64,000 bases of DNA from an uncultured Planctomycetota bacterium. GTDB taxonomy: Bacteria; Planctomycetota; Planctomycetia; Isosphaerales; Isosphaeraceae. The position numbers and the translations under genes are program-made. This document shows positions 11,841 through 22,295 of this stretch, one piece after another (position 1 is the first letter of the stretch; every line of letters starts with the position of its first letter). Location: contig CAVTTN010000002.1 in the NCBI GenBank assembly GCA_963737655.1, positions 6,592,001 to 6,656,000 of the forward strand, in the 5' to 3' direction. The notes below the pieces were generated by a model. That model did no database searches and was not told the origin of the DNA. It saw nothing but the letters and a program-made list of their open reading frames with translations.

Positions 11841-12451
11841 AGCTCCTCCGCATCGGGCCAGCGATCGGCCAGGGTGAAGAGTCGGGCGATCGGCACCTCG
11901 AACCCCGGCAGGAGGGGGGTGCGGTAGACCTCGGCCTGGCCGAGGATGCGCTCGGAGTTCGCGGGGATTTCGACGACAGTCATGATCCTCTGGAACCGAT
12001 CGACGATCCAGTATTCCTGGGTGCCAATCTCGCCATACTCGGCCCGCTTCGTCTCATAGTCCCTCTTCCGGTTCCGCTTCCCGGCGGAGACGAACTCGAC
12101 GATGATCGTCGGAGGATCGTCGGGGCCGGGCAAACGCCCCAGCCCGGCCCAGATCACGCGGTCGGCCCTTCGGCGGTTCCGCGTCAGATAGATCGTCTCC
12201 TCGGGGATGGTGAAATCGAGGGCGGCCCCCAGGGGATGGTGTTCCTGATAAGCCCGAAGCCAGTAGCCCAGCTCCTCGTTCGGGTCGCGTTCCTTCCGCA
12301 GGGGACTCGGGGCCACGACGAGTACCTCGTTGATGAGTTCATAACGCCAACCTTCCTCGAACTCGGCGGCGTCGAACTCCTCGGGCGAGAGGAGGATGCC
12401 GGCGGACCGGGGGCCGAGCTCAAGCCGATCGATGAGAGTTGCGGTCGCCAT
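11837..12451 (-). CDS. Uma2 family endonuclease
   Basis: YELINEVL, RRADRV, IVEFVS, KRAEY..IG..EYWIVD. Confidence 0.9.
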   Translation of the reverse strand: MATATLIDRLELGPRSAGILLSPEEFDAAEFEEGWRYELINEVLVVAPSPLRKERDPNEELGYWLRAYQEHHPLGAALDFTIPEETIYLTRNRRRADRVIWAGLGRLPGPDDPPTIIVEFVSAGKRNRKRDYETKRAEYGEIGTQEYWIVDRFQRIMTVVEIPANSERILGQAEVYRTPLLPGFEVPIARLFTLADRWPDAEEL

Positions 12452-12526
12452 GAATTCAGGTCCCTTCGGGGTCGGCCGGCGGGGGGGACGTCGCCCCGGG
12501 CACGAGTGCCGGCCCGCCGCTATGCC

Positions 12527-13264
12527 TCAAGGGCGCGGTTTCGTCCGGAAAACCAGTCTCAGCGCCATGGCCCCCTGCGAATCCGGGCCCTCCCCCAGCC
12601 TGACCCCGGCCACGGCCAGGCCAAGTTCCGGATGGAAAGCCTGGACCTTGTACTGTCCGGGAGGCATTCCCAGGGGCAACCGGAATGACCCGTCCTTCGC
12701 GGTCCTGGTGTAATTCGGGTTCGGGACCACCGAGCAGTGTCCCAGCGGGATGGGATGGATATCGCAGGTAATCGGGACGTTTGCGAAGGGCTTTGTAAAG
12801 GTCTTCTCCCACCGATCGATGTTCGGAGGAAGAGTGAAACCGTACTCCGGCTCGCGAGGCGAGAGGAAATGGATGGAATGAGCTTCTTTCTCCTCGATCT
12901 CGACCACGACCGGCTGGCCGACGACCGCGACGAAGCTCTCGGGCACGAGACGGCCGCCCCGCACCTTGGCCTTCACGGGTTCGAGGGCGCCCGGGAACGT
13001 GACCGCGTCCGTCGCCGACAGATAGACGACCGCATCGGCCACCGGCCCATCCTCGCCGTCGGCCGATTCGGTCCGCACGTGACCGAAGATCGGGAACCGA
13101 TTCCCCAGCTTCGGGTCGATGAGACCGGCGACATGGCGGGAAGGCGGACTCTCCGGCTCGGGTCGCGCGGCGCCCGGCGGGTGACACCCTCCGAGGAGGG
13201 CGATCACCAGCACGAAAACCGCGCGATCCTTCGCGATTTCACCCAGGATGGTTGAGTCGCTCAC
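12527..13264 (-). CDS. Putative lipoprotein with carboxypeptidase-regulatory/cupredoxin-like domain
   Basis: GTG overlapping upstream stop; lipobox LLGGC; TCDIHP and PPGQYKVQAFHP. Confidence 0.6.
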   Translation of the reverse strand: MSDSTILGEIAKDRAVFVLVIALLGGCHPPGAARPEPESPPSRHVAGLIDPKLGNRFPIFGHVRTESADGEDGPVADAVVYLSATDAVTFPGALEPVKAKVRGGRLVPESFVAVVGQPVVVEIEEKEAHSIHFLSPREPEYGFTLPPNIDRWEKTFTKPFANVPITCDIHPIPLGHCSVVPNPNYTRTAKDGSFRLPLGMPPGQYKVQAFHPELGLAVAGVRLGEGPDSQGAMALRLVFRTKPRP

Positions 13265-16095
13265 TTTGCCTTGTCCATCTCCTCGCGGAGGGCCTTGGCG
13301 TCGGGGTGCTCGGGGTCGGCCTTGAGGATGGCGTCGAGCGTGGCCCTGGCCTCGTCGGTCTTCCCCTGGCCGATCAGGACCTTGGCGAGCTTGACCTTCA
13401 CGTCGTTGGGCTTCTTGACCTTCAACTCGATGGCGGTCCGGTACTCCTCGGAGGCGTCGGCGAATTTCTTCTCGGCGGAGAGGACGTCGGCGAGGAGGAC
13501 GTGGTTGGCCGGGTCGTAGACCTGGACGTAGAGGCATTCCAGGCCCCATCTCTCGGCCGCTTCGAGCTCGCCGTCCTTCAGGTGGTATTCGGCCAGGGTC
13601 TTCCTGACGGAGAGGTCGTCGGCGTCGTTGGCGGCGATCATCGCCAGGTCGTTCAGGAGCCCCTTGCGGTTCTTCTGGCGGAGGTGGACCCGGGCGAGGC
13701 CGGCGATCCACTTCGTCTGGGCCGGGTCGTCCTTGCGGGCCGTCTCGTACAGGCTCTCGGCCTCGTCGAGCTTGCCGGCCTTCATCTGCAGCTCGGCGAG
13801 GAGGTCGATCACTCGCTCGTTCGGTTCCTTGGGATCGAAGGCCGGCTCGATGACTTCCAGGGCCCCCGAGTTGTCGCCGATCGACTGGAGGAGCCGAGCC
13901 TTCACATACGAGGCGAGCGGGTGATGCGGCTTCAATTCCAGGGCCTTTTCGGCGAACGGGCGGGCGGCGCGGAGGTCTCTCCGGGCGAAGTGCTCGTAGG
14001 CCATCCTCGCGTTGAGGTCGGCGTCCTCGGGCTTGGCCTTGACCATCTGTTCGAGCTTCGAGAACGGGACCGGCTTCTCGTCCTCGACCCTCGTGCGGAT
14101 CGTCTTCACCACGCCGTCGAGGAACTTCAGGTACTCGGCCTCGAAGTCCTTCTTCTCGACGTTGAAGGAATCCTTGATCGCCTGGTCGGTGGTGAGCCCC
14201 CGCTTGTAGGCGCCGAGCATCTTGATGTTGGCGTCGGGGCCGAATCGCTTGACCATGTATTGAGCGTAAAGCTGGGCCTGGCAATAGGCCATCTGCCGCT
14301 CGTCGGCCTCGCTCGGGCGGATGAAGCCGAGGTTGATCGAGTCGAGGTTCAGGAGCTTCGTCCTCGACGGCACCCTCTCGAGCAACAGCTTGTTCCAGGT
14401 CTGCGGCCTCGGGCTCTGCTCCGACTCGACGGCCAGGGCCTCGGTGTACCAGTGGGGGATGTTGAAATCCGTCTGCTGGAGGTTGATGACGTGGGTCATC
14501 TCGTGGGTGATGACGCGGGCCCAGTTATAGGGCTTGGGCATGCTCCGCGTGCTGGCCATCGCGATGATCTTGCCGGTGCAGGCCCCGACGGTGGGGATGA
14601 AGGGCAGGCCGGTGGTCCGGCCGCTGAACCACTGGTGGTCCTTCATGATCTCGATCTTCGTCTTCGCCGGGAGACGGAAGCCCAGCCTCTTCGCCGCGTC
14701 CTCGTGGATCTGCTCCAGGTAGCGGCTCATATATTTGCCGAGCAATGCGTCCTGCCCGGGGAGGACGAGCACCTGATAATGCTCCGAATCGACCGGGGTG
14801 TACGAGGCCAGGTGCTTGAGGACTTTTTGCATGTTGTCGGCGCGGACGTTGAACGGGTCGGAGGCGAAGGCGGTCGTGAAGAGGTCGCCGGCCTCGTCCT
14901 CGCGGCCGATCTGCATGTAGAGCATCCCCAGGCCGATCTTGGTGTCGGCCCGGTCGGGGTCGCTGGCGATCGACTTGAGGAACGCACGCTCGGCCGAGTG
15001 GTACTTGCGGCGATCGGCCAGCCTCTCGCCCAGGGCGGCCCAGAAGGTGGCCGGCTTCGGGTTGATCGCGACGGCCACGGCCTCCGCCGCGCTGGCGCCG
15101 ACGGGATCGACGACCAGGCGGTAGGCCGCGGCCAGGCGGGCCAGGGCGTCCTCATCCTTCGGGTTCTCGGCCACGGCCTTCTTGGCCGATTCCAGGGCGT
15201 CGCGGAACCGTTCGTCGGAGATGTTCAGGTCGGCCAGGAGGATGTGGGCCGGCGCGTAGTGGGGGTTGATTTCCAGGGCGGACTCAGCTCTCTTGCGACC
15301 CGAAGCGAGCTTGTAGCCCTGCAAATCCGCCTCGCCAAGAGTGACGAGGATCTCGGGCGCCCCGGGGTTGATCTTCCGGGCGAGCGTCAATTCCTTCATC
15401 GCGGCCGGCTCGTTGTAGCCGGAGAGGAACAGCTTGGCCTCGAGCCACGGGGCCTGCCAGTAGGTCGGGTCGGTGCGGAGGGCGGCGTCGTAGAGGTCGT
15501 TGATCACCTCCTCGAGAGTATCCTTGAGGTCTTCGCCCCGTGCGTTCCGGCGATAATCGCGCTCGGCCGCCTGGCCGACGATCACCAGGGCCGGCGCGTT
15601 CCTCGACAGCGCCTTCGGGTCCTTGTTCTGATAGTCGATGAACCACTTGAACGCGGTGTCGGCCTCCTTGAGCTTCCCGGTCGATTCGAGGAGCCGGGCG
15701 AGGACCCATCTCGCGGCGACGTGGTCGTCCTTGATCTTGATCGCCGAATTCGCGAGCGCCTCGGCCCGGTCCCAGTGGCCTCGGTCGAATTCCAGGTCGG
15801 CGAGGCGGGCGGCGGCGTCGGGGTCGGGCTTTTCGCGCTCGGCGAAGGGCTTGAGGGCCTCGGCGGCCTTCTCGAGCTCGCCGGTGGAGGCGAGCGAGTC
15901 GGCCTTCCCGATGGCGGCCTTCACCTTCGCGGCGTCGTCGGGGGTGTCTTTCGCCAGGGCGTCGTAGGCTTCGAGGGCCTCGGCGTACTTGCCGGTCTGA
16001 AGGAGTTTGTGGGCGGCGTCGAAGCCGTCGGGCGGGGCGGCCGAGATCGGGCCGGCGAGAAGGAGAGAGAGGAAGGGGAGGGTCCAGCGTGCCAT
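13261..16095 (-). CDS. Secreted TPR protein with zincin (peptidase MA-like) domain
   Basis: Signal peptide MARWTLPFL; many TPRs; HEMTH...WYTEALA. Confidence 0.85.
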   Translation of the reverse strand: MARWTLPFLSLLLAGPISAAPPDGFDAAHKLLQTGKYAEALEAYDALAKDTPDDAAKVKAAIGKADSLASTGELEKAAEALKPFAEREKPDPDAAARLADLEFDRGHWDRAEALANSAIKIKDDHVAARWVLARLLESTGKLKEADTAFKWFIDYQNKDPKALSRNAPALVIVGQAAERDYRRNARGEDLKDTLEEVINDLYDAALRTDPTYWQAPWLEAKLFLSGYNEPAAMKELTLARKINPGAPEILVTLGEADLQGYKLASGRKRAESALEINPHYAPAHILLADLNISDERFRDALESAKKAVAENPKDEDALARLAAAYRLVVDPVGASAAEAVAVAINPKPATFWAALGERLADRRKYHSAERAFLKSIASDPDRADTKIGLGMLYMQIGREDEAGDLFTTAFASDPFNVRADNMQKVLKHLASYTPVDSEHYQVLVLPGQDALLGKYMSRYLEQIHEDAAKRLGFRLPAKTKIEIMKDHQWFSGRTTGLPFIPTVGACTGKIIAMASTRSMPKPYNWARVITHEMTHVINLQQTDFNIPHWYTEALAVESEQSPRPQTWNKLLLERVPSRTKLLNLDSINLGFIRPSEADERQMAYCQAQLYAQYMVKRFGPDANIKMLGAYKRGLTTDQAIKDSFNVEKKDFEAEYLKFLDGVVKTIRTRVEDEKPVPFSKLEQMVKAKPEDADLNARMAYEHFARRDLRAARPFAEKALELKPHHPLASYVKARLLQSIGDNSGALEVIEPAFDPKEPNERVIDLLAELQMKAGKLDEAESLYETARKDDPAQTKWIAGLARVHLRQKNRKGLLNDLAMIAANDADDLSVRKTLAEYHLKDGELEAAERWGLECLYVQVYDPANHVLLADVLSAEKKFADASEEYRTAIELKVKKPNDVKVKLAKVLIGQGKTDEARATLDAILKADPEHPDAKALREEMDKAK

Positions 16096-16307
16096 GCCGA
16101 CCTCGCTTGGGCTTGGATGGGCGTTCGCGTCGAGGAGGGGCCGACGGCATCGGGCCGGTTCACGTCCGTGGCCGGACCGTCGCCGTCGATTCTGCATTCC
16201 ATCTTAACGGAGGGCCGACGGCACGGGCTAGGGTGCGATTGCCGACCGGACGTTCGCACGCGATACTCGAACCAGCAATCGCCCCGAGCCCGAGCGGAGG
16301 ACCCATC

Positions 16308-16994
16308 GTGGCCACGATCACCGAATCGCGAGAGGAGCCGGCCGTTTCCGCCGAGGAGCTCACCCTCTCGGACCTCGAACGGATGTTCGGCCCGATGTCG
16401 ATCCGGAGGATTCGCCAGCAACCGGCCCCTGGAACGGCCACCGAGGCCGACGTCCTGGCGATCCATCGTCGAGAAAAGCGGCTCTGCGAGCTGGTCGACG
16501 GCGTCCTTGTGGAGAAGACCGTGGGAGCCGAAGAATCGTACCTGGCCGGGTGGCTCATCACCCTGTTGAACGTCTTCATCCGGCCCCGACGGCTCGGGAT
16601 CGCCCTCGGGGCCGACGGCATGTACCGGCTCGACCCCGGGTTGATCCGCGTCCCCGATGTTTCCTTCATCGCCGTCGACCGACTCCCGGGCCGGAAGTAT
16701 CCCCGAGAACCCGTCTGCTCGATCGTGCCCGACCTGGCCATCGAAGTCCTGAGTCGAGGGAACACACGACAGGAAATGGACCGCAAGCTCGCGGAGTATT
16801 TCGCCAGCGGGGTTCGCCTGGTCTGGTACATCGATCCGAAGACGGAGACCGCTCGGGTCTTCACGGCCGTCGATCAGTCGCGGGACGTTCCGAAGGGTGG
16901 GACGCTGGACGGCGGGGCCGTCCTGCCGGGCTTCGAGCTTTCCCTGCAAGAACTCTTCGCCGAGCCCCTGACCGAACCCCCGCAGAGCCAGTAA
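16308..16994 (+). CDS. Uma2 family endonuclease
   Basis: GTG after GGAGG; CELVDGVL, RVPDVSF, PDLAIEVLS, GVRLVWYIDP. Confidence 0.9.
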   Translation: MATITESREEPAVSAEELTLSDLERMFGPMSIRRIRQQPAPGTATEADVLAIHRREKRLCELVDGVLVEKTVGAEESYLAGWLITLLNVFIRPRRLGIALGADGMYRLDPGLIRVPDVSFIAVDRLPGRKYPREPVCSIVPDLAIEVLSRGNTRQEMDRKLAEYFASGVRLVWYIDPKTETARVFTAVDQSRDVPKGGTLDGGAVLPGFELSLQELFAEPLTEPPQSQ

Positions 16995-17008
16995 TCGGCC
17001 CGGTCCGA

Positions 17009-20000
17009 TCATCTCGCGAACGTAGGGGTCGCGAAGAGGAGGTCTTCGGCCAGGGCTCGGAAGTCGATTCGGTCGCGGAGGGGATCGAGGTCGGCGTCGC
17101 TCGTGAAATTGTCGCGGGATTCGGGGTTGCGGAAGTAGCCGACCGACTCGGCCAGGCGAAGGAGGGCCACGGCTCGGGCCTGGCGGGCGGGGTCGTGGGC
17201 CGAGGTAATCGCCATCACGCAGGCGGCGTTGTAGAGGAGGGATCCGTCCCGAGCCGCCGGTCCATCGACCAGCGATTCGGCCTCGGACGCGGCTCGCTCG
17301 GCCGAGCCGGAGAGGGCGAGGGTCCGGGCCCGGCGGACCTTCGTCGCGGGAATGTCGTCGGCGTCGGCCAGCTCGATGGCCTTCTCGCGGTCGCTGAGGG
17401 CCTCGGGGAACGCCCCGAGGTGTTCGAGGGCGTCGGCCCGGCGGGCGAACGATTTGCCGAGGATGTCTCGGGCCCGGGCCTGCGCCGGAAACCGCCGGAG
17501 AACGGGTTCCAAGACCGCGATCCCTCGGGTCAGCCGGCCTCTGGCCGAGGGGAAGTCGCCGGCCGTGAGGTCGAGACGAGCGAAGTTCAGGCACGTCCCC
17601 CCGAGCTCGACGGCGAAATTCGTCCGATCGGGATACTTCTCGATCAGGGCTTCGTAGTTCGACAGGGCCTCTTGGTATTCGCGACGGGCGGCCTCGACCT
17701 GACCCCTCTCGACCTGGAGGAGGCCGAGGTTCATGTGGGTCATCGCCACGAGGCCCCGATGGACCGGCTGATCGGGATGGTCCCGGGCGAGCTCCTCATA
17801 GATCTTCCGGGCCTCGCGATACGAGGCCTCCGCCTCGTCCAGGCGGTCGAGGTCGCCGAGGAAATTCCCGACGTTCATCAGGCTGATGGCGAGCTCCTGG
17901 CGTGATTCCACGACGTCCGGATGCTCCTCGGCCAGGGCCCGGCGAATGTCCCGGGATTCGATCCCGGTGGCCAGGGCCTCGGCGTTGCGATCGAGCGAGT
18001 AATAGAGGTTCGCGAGGTTGCTCAAGGTGGCGGCCAGCTCCGCGCGAAACATGACGTCGTTGGGGCTGCCTTCGACGAGGCTCCGACGGAGCTTCAGGGC
18101 CTCCTTGTGGGCCGCCTCGGCCTCGGCCAGCTTTCCTTCCTCGACCCGGAGGTTGGCCCTCATGTTGAAAGCGCGGGCCAGCCCTCTCTTGTGGCGAGGA
18201 GAGTCGGGGAACCGCTCGACGAGTCTCTTGCGGATCGCCAGGGCCTCGCGATTCTCGCGGTCGGCGTCGGCGGCCCGGCCCTTCTCGGAATCGAGGACGC
18301 AGAGGTTGTGGTGGACCCAGCCCAGGCCGTTCAGGGCGTCCTCGTTGTCGGGGTCCGTCGCGAGCCGTCCCGATTCCAGGCCGCCGGCCTTCCGGAATCG
18401 AGCCTCGGCCTCGTCGCTCCGCCCGAGCCCGGAGACCAGGTTCGCCAGAGCGATCTCGGTGTCGGCGAGCTTTCCCCGGACTTCGTCCCGGGCGGGATGC
18501 TCCGGGAATTCGCGGTCGAGCCGTTCGAAGGTGGTCTCGGCTCGGCGATAGGCCGTCTCGGCCTCGGCGGTCCGGCCAAGTTTTTCGAGGATGTCGCCGG
18601 CGTCGTAGCTGGCCGAGGCGGCGTCGGCCAGGGCCTCGGCCGAGTCGCTCTGGGGGCGAACGAACTCCTCGTGGAACTTCAAGGCCGCCTCGACGATCTC
18701 GCGCTGGGTCGCGTCCATCCCCCGGATGTCCGGCAGCTTCGGGACGACCTTGGCGAACATCGCCGAGACGACCTTGCGAGACTCCTCCAGGTTCCTCGCG
18801 GCCTGGTCTCGCTGGCCCCGGGCCTCTTCGGCAAAGCGGTCCGCCCGATCCTTTTGCGAGAGGGCCTCGGCCCTCTGGCGATCGATCAGGACGGTGCCCA
18901 CGCCGAGCGAGACGGTCGAGAGGACCAGCCCGACGGCCGCGACGGCCACCCTCGTCCGGTGCTTCCTCGCCCATCGGGCGACCCGGCCAAGGAGAGGCTC
19001 GGCGAAGGCCGAGACCGGCTCGTCGGCCATGAAGCGTTCGAGGTCCTCGGCGAGGGCCCTGGCCGAAGGGTAGCGGTCCTCGGTCCTCCGCGCCATGGCC
19101 TTCAAGACAATCGCCTCCAGGGCTCGGGGCACATCGCGGCGGACGTTTCGGGGCGCCGGGAACTCAGCCCGCCTGGCCCGGCTCATGGCCTCGATCGCGT
19201 CGCACCCCGAGATTGGCGCCCGGCCAGTCACGATCGCGTAGAGCGTCGCCCCGAGGCTGAAGATGTCGGAGAGGGGGCCGACCGAGTCGGTTCGCCCTTC
19301 GGCCTGCTCCGGGCTCATGAACGCCGGGGTGCCGACGACCGTCCCCGCGGCCGTCTCGGTCGAGCCTCCCGAGAGAGGCCGGAACGGGCCGTCGGTCAGG
19401 GTCGTCGCCAGGAGATCGGCGGCCTCCGGGGGCGGCTCGCCCTTGCCGGTGAGGACTTTCGCCAGGCCCCAATCGACCACCAACGTCTCGCCATACGGGC
19501 CCAGCATGATATTGCCCGGCTTCAGGTCGCGATGAACGATCCCCCGACTGTGGGCGTAGCCGATGGCCTCGCAGACGTCCACGAACCGGGAAAGGAGCTT
19601 GCGGAGGCCCAGGGACCCGCCGGCTGGATCGTCCTCGCCGGCCTGATAATGGGCGTTAATCGCGTCCCGGAGGCTCTCCCCGCGGACGAACCTCATCGCG
19701 TAGAACGGACGGCCCGAGACGTCGCGACCGAGCCCGTAAACCGGGACGATCCCGGGGTGTTCGAGCCGGCCGGTGACCTCGGCCTCCAGCAGGAACCGGC
19801 TTCGCGCCTCGGGGGAGTCGGCGAACCGCTCCTGGATCTCCTTCAAGGCCACCTCGCGGTTCAGTTCCTCGTCAATCGCGAGGCTCACCTGGCCGAGGGC
19901 GCCCCGGGCATGAGGGCGGACGATCCGATAGCGCGACCTCCCCGGTTCCGGCCCCTCGCGCCGGCCGGAGACGGAGGGATGGAACTGCGTCGCCTCGGGG

Positions 20001-20335
20001 TCGAGGCGGAAGGACGCAGCGACCCTCGCGATCCGCGAGGCGACCTCCTCTCGCGAGTCTCCCCAGGACTCCAGCTCGGGCGGGAAGCCCAGGGCTCGGA
20101 GGCTTTCCGAGGGGAGGCCGCCGTGGGCCTCCAGGTGGGCCTCGACCAGGGTCTCCAGCAAGTCCAACTGGCGCGGGGAGATGTCCCCTCCGGAGACCAG
20201 GGCTGGGCCGAGGCCCTCCGGGACGGTGGTCGCCCACGCGGCGGCGGCCTCGGCCAGCGACTCTCCGGCCACCAGGCCCACTTGCCGGGCAAGCAGGCCG
20301 AGAAGGAGATCGCGTCGGGCGTCGTTCGGGGGCAT
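17009..20335 (-). CDS. Eukaryotic-type Ser/Thr protein kinase with TPR domain
   Basis: VALK, HRDLKPGN, DWG, GTPAFMSPEQ, DIFSLG; TM segment then TPRs. Confidence 0.92.
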   Translation of the reverse strand: MPPNDARRDLLLGLLARQVGLVAGESLAEAAAAWATTVPEGLGPALVSGGDISPRQLDLLETLVEAHLEAHGGLPSESLRALGFPPELESWGDSREEVASRIARVAASFRLDPEATQFHPSVSGRREGPEPGRSRYRIVRPHARGALGQVSLAIDEELNREVALKEIQERFADSPEARSRFLLEAEVTGRLEHPGIVPVYGLGRDVSGRPFYAMRFVRGESLRDAINAHYQAGEDDPAGGSLGLRKLLSRFVDVCEAIGYAHSRGIVHRDLKPGNIMLGPYGETLVVDWGLAKVLTGKGEPPPEAADLLATTLTDGPFRPLSGGSTETAAGTVVGTPAFMSPEQAEGRTDSVGPLSDIFSLGATLYAIVTGRAPISGCDAIEAMSRARRAEFPAPRNVRRDVPRALEAIVLKAMARRTEDRYPSARALAEDLERFMADEPVSAFAEPLLGRVARWARKHRTRVAVAAVGLVLSTVSLGVGTVLIDRQRAEALSQKDRADRFAEEARGQRDQAARNLEESRKVVSAMFAKVVPKLPDIRGMDATQREIVEAALKFHEEFVRPQSDSAEALADAASASYDAGDILEKLGRTAEAETAYRRAETTFERLDREFPEHPARDEVRGKLADTEIALANLVSGLGRSDEAEARFRKAGGLESGRLATDPDNEDALNGLGWVHHNLCVLDSEKGRAADADRENREALAIRKRLVERFPDSPRHKRGLARAFNMRANLRVEEGKLAEAEAAHKEALKLRRSLVEGSPNDVMFRAELAATLSNLANLYYSLDRNAEALATGIESRDIRRALAEEHPDVVESRQELAISLMNVGNFLGDLDRLDEAEASYREARKIYEELARDHPDQPVHRGLVAMTHMNLGLLQVERGQVEAARREYQEALSNYEALIEKYPDRTNFAVELGGTCLNFARLDLTAGDFPSARGRLTRGIAVLEPVLRRFPAQARARDILGKSFARRADALEHLGAFPEALSDREKAIELADADDIPATKVRRARTLALSGSAERAASEAESLVDGPAARDGSLLYNAACVMAITSAHDPARQARAVALLRLAESVGYFRNPESRDNFTSDADLDPLRDRIDFRALAEDLLFATPTFAR

Positions 20336-20512
20336 CAGCCGCCTCCGCCCGGCCTTGAGGGCCGGGCTCTCGTTCGTCAACGATTGGTCGGGTTTGCGTT
20401 CGATCATCGCAAATACGCGACCCGGAGGCGAGCCGATTGGACCCCCTGGACCGTCCTGCTACAGTGGAGGGGATCGAACACTCTCCGGCACACGTCGAGG
20501 AGCGGGGCGGCC

Positions 20513-21337
20513 ATGACCAAGGCGGACGACGGCTACCGGCTCGTCCTGTTCGACCCTCCGGACGACCCAAAGGAGGTTCGCGACCTGCTCGCCCGAGTGA
20601 CCGGCGCCCATCCCACCGACGTGATGCAGTGGGTGGCTCGATCTCCTGGAATCTGGAACCGGAGCCTTACTCAAGGCCAGGCCCGAGACCTCCTTGACGG
20701 CCTCTTCGACCTCGGCCTGGCCGCCGAAGCCCGCCGCCCCGACCTCATCCCCAATCTCAGCCCGCCCCGGACGATTCACTCCGCCGCGTGCCTGGACGCC
20801 GGCCTCCGCATCGAGGGCCTGCGGGGCGAGCCGACCCACTGGGTCCCCTGGGACAAGGTCGAACTCGTCGTCGCAGGCCGGATCGCCGCCGAGGACGAGT
20901 TCCGCGACATCGTTCCCCCTTCCTGGGTCTCCTCGCTCTCGACCGGCCTGAATGCCCTCCTGAGAAGGCCGCAGATGGTCGCCCGAAGGCAACGGTCGAT
21001 CCGAATCCCCCGCGACCCGGTCGGTGAGGCGATCGTGGTCCGGAAAGATCCCCGGATCGCCTTCCGGTTCGTCGAGAACGCGATGAACTACGCCTCGATG
21101 GGCGAACTCCTCCGGCCCTCCGCGGCCGAGAACTTCCCCCTCTTCCTCAGACAGATCTGCGAGAGGGCCTGCGAGGCCTTCGTCACCCCGACCGCTCATG
21201 CCGTGATCGGTCGCGAGATCCAGGACGAGAGGATCGTCTTCCCTTCCTCGCAGGCCCTCCTCGAAGAAGCGACCCTCCGCCTCCTCTGGAGCTGGTATCG
21301 CCGAGACCGCGACGAAGAGGAGAGGACGCAAGAGTAG
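20513..21337 (+). CDS. Hypothetical protein
   Basis: ATG after GAGGAG; MTKADDGYRLVLFD..., typical codon usage. Confidence 0.7.
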   Translation: MTKADDGYRLVLFDPPDDPKEVRDLLARVTGAHPTDVMQWVARSPGIWNRSLTQGQARDLLDGLFDLGLAAEARRPDLIPNLSPPRTIHSAACLDAGLRIEGLRGEPTHWVPWDKVELVVAGRIAAEDEFRDIVPPSWVSSLSTGLNALLRRPQMVARRQRSIRIPRDPVGEAIVVRKDPRIAFRFVENAMNYASMGELLRPSAAENFPLFLRQICERACEAFVTPTAHAVIGREIQDERIVFPSSQALLEEATLRLLWSWYRRDRDEEERTQE

Positions 21338-21418
21338 GTGGCATGAAATGCACCTTCTTGACCCCTCCCCTCGGCCCTCGCCACCGACCCGGTTCGGCAG
21401 GAGGGGGGCATTCATGCA
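21334..21418. repeat. GTAG-type REP-like element between convergent genes
   Basis: GTAGGTGGCATGAAATGCACC with imperfect inverted partner GGCATTCATGC near 21407-21417. Confidence 0.5.
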
Positions 21419-21420
21419 CG

Positions 21421-22002
21421 TCACTTTTTCTTGTAACGGATCTCCATGAACTTGACCGGCTCCTTCCCGCCCTCGGGCAGGTGGTACTCGGTGAAGACCC
21501 GCTCGTTGTCCGCCTTGAAAGTTGTCACGAACTTCATCTTCATGGGCTCGCCGGTGGCGGGGTTCTCGAGTTCGGCGGTCATGGTCATCGTCTGCGAGGG
21601 CTCGTCATACGTCCCTTCAAGGGTGTCGATCCGGGTGGACATCGAGTCGAGCCAGGTGCCGACGTACTTGCCCTTCTTGGCGTCAAAGCCGGTCTGGGAG
21701 TGCCCCTCGAACGGCATCCCGGCGAACTCTCCCTTGAAGCTGCTGATCAGCCAGTGGCCGCCCAGGAGGCTGTTCGTCTCGACGGCCTTCGAAGTCATGG
21801 GCTTGGCCACTCCCGGCAGATACGTGGTGATGTCGGCGTCCCAGACGCCCACTTCCCGCGCCAGGACCTTGTGCTCCTTGAGCGTGGGCACCGCGGCGAC
21901 CGGGCCGGGCTCGTCCTTCGCCTTGGGCTCGTCCTTCGCCGTCGCCATCGCCGCGGTAAGGATCACCGATGTCAGCGCCGCACCGATCGTCGTACTCTTC
22001 AT
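21421..22002 (-). CDS. DUF1579 family secreted protein
   Basis: Signal peptide; EHKVL..EVGVW, PFEG..GFD..KGKYVGTW.DSM. Confidence 0.8.
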   Translation of the reverse strand: MKSTTIGAALTSVILTAAMATAKDEPKAKDEPGPVAAVPTLKEHKVLAREVGVWDADITTYLPGVAKPMTSKAVETNSLLGGHWLISSFKGEFAGMPFEGHSQTGFDAKKGKYVGTWLDSMSTRIDTLEGTYDEPSQTMTMTAELENPATGEPMKMKFVTTFKADNERVFTEYHLPEGGKEPVKFMEIRYKKK

Positions 22003-22295
22003 GACGGGCCTCCTTGAACAAAGAAACAGGCATTCCGCGGCGGTACTATGCCCGTTCGGCGACATTTTGTCCACTAGAAAATCGCGGATTCACCGGATCT
22101 TCGCGAGGAGGGGCCGTGGCCGCCGGCGTGTTGTGGATGGAATGACCGCAAACCGCACCCCTGACCGTAATGCAGGAAAGGACTTGGGGACGGCGGAACC
22201 CACGCCCACGAGACGCCGATGGCTTCCCCCTGGACCTCGCGCCTCGTATCCTGGCGGCCGGATCGGATGGGGTTCGAGCGATCGGGAGGCCGGGC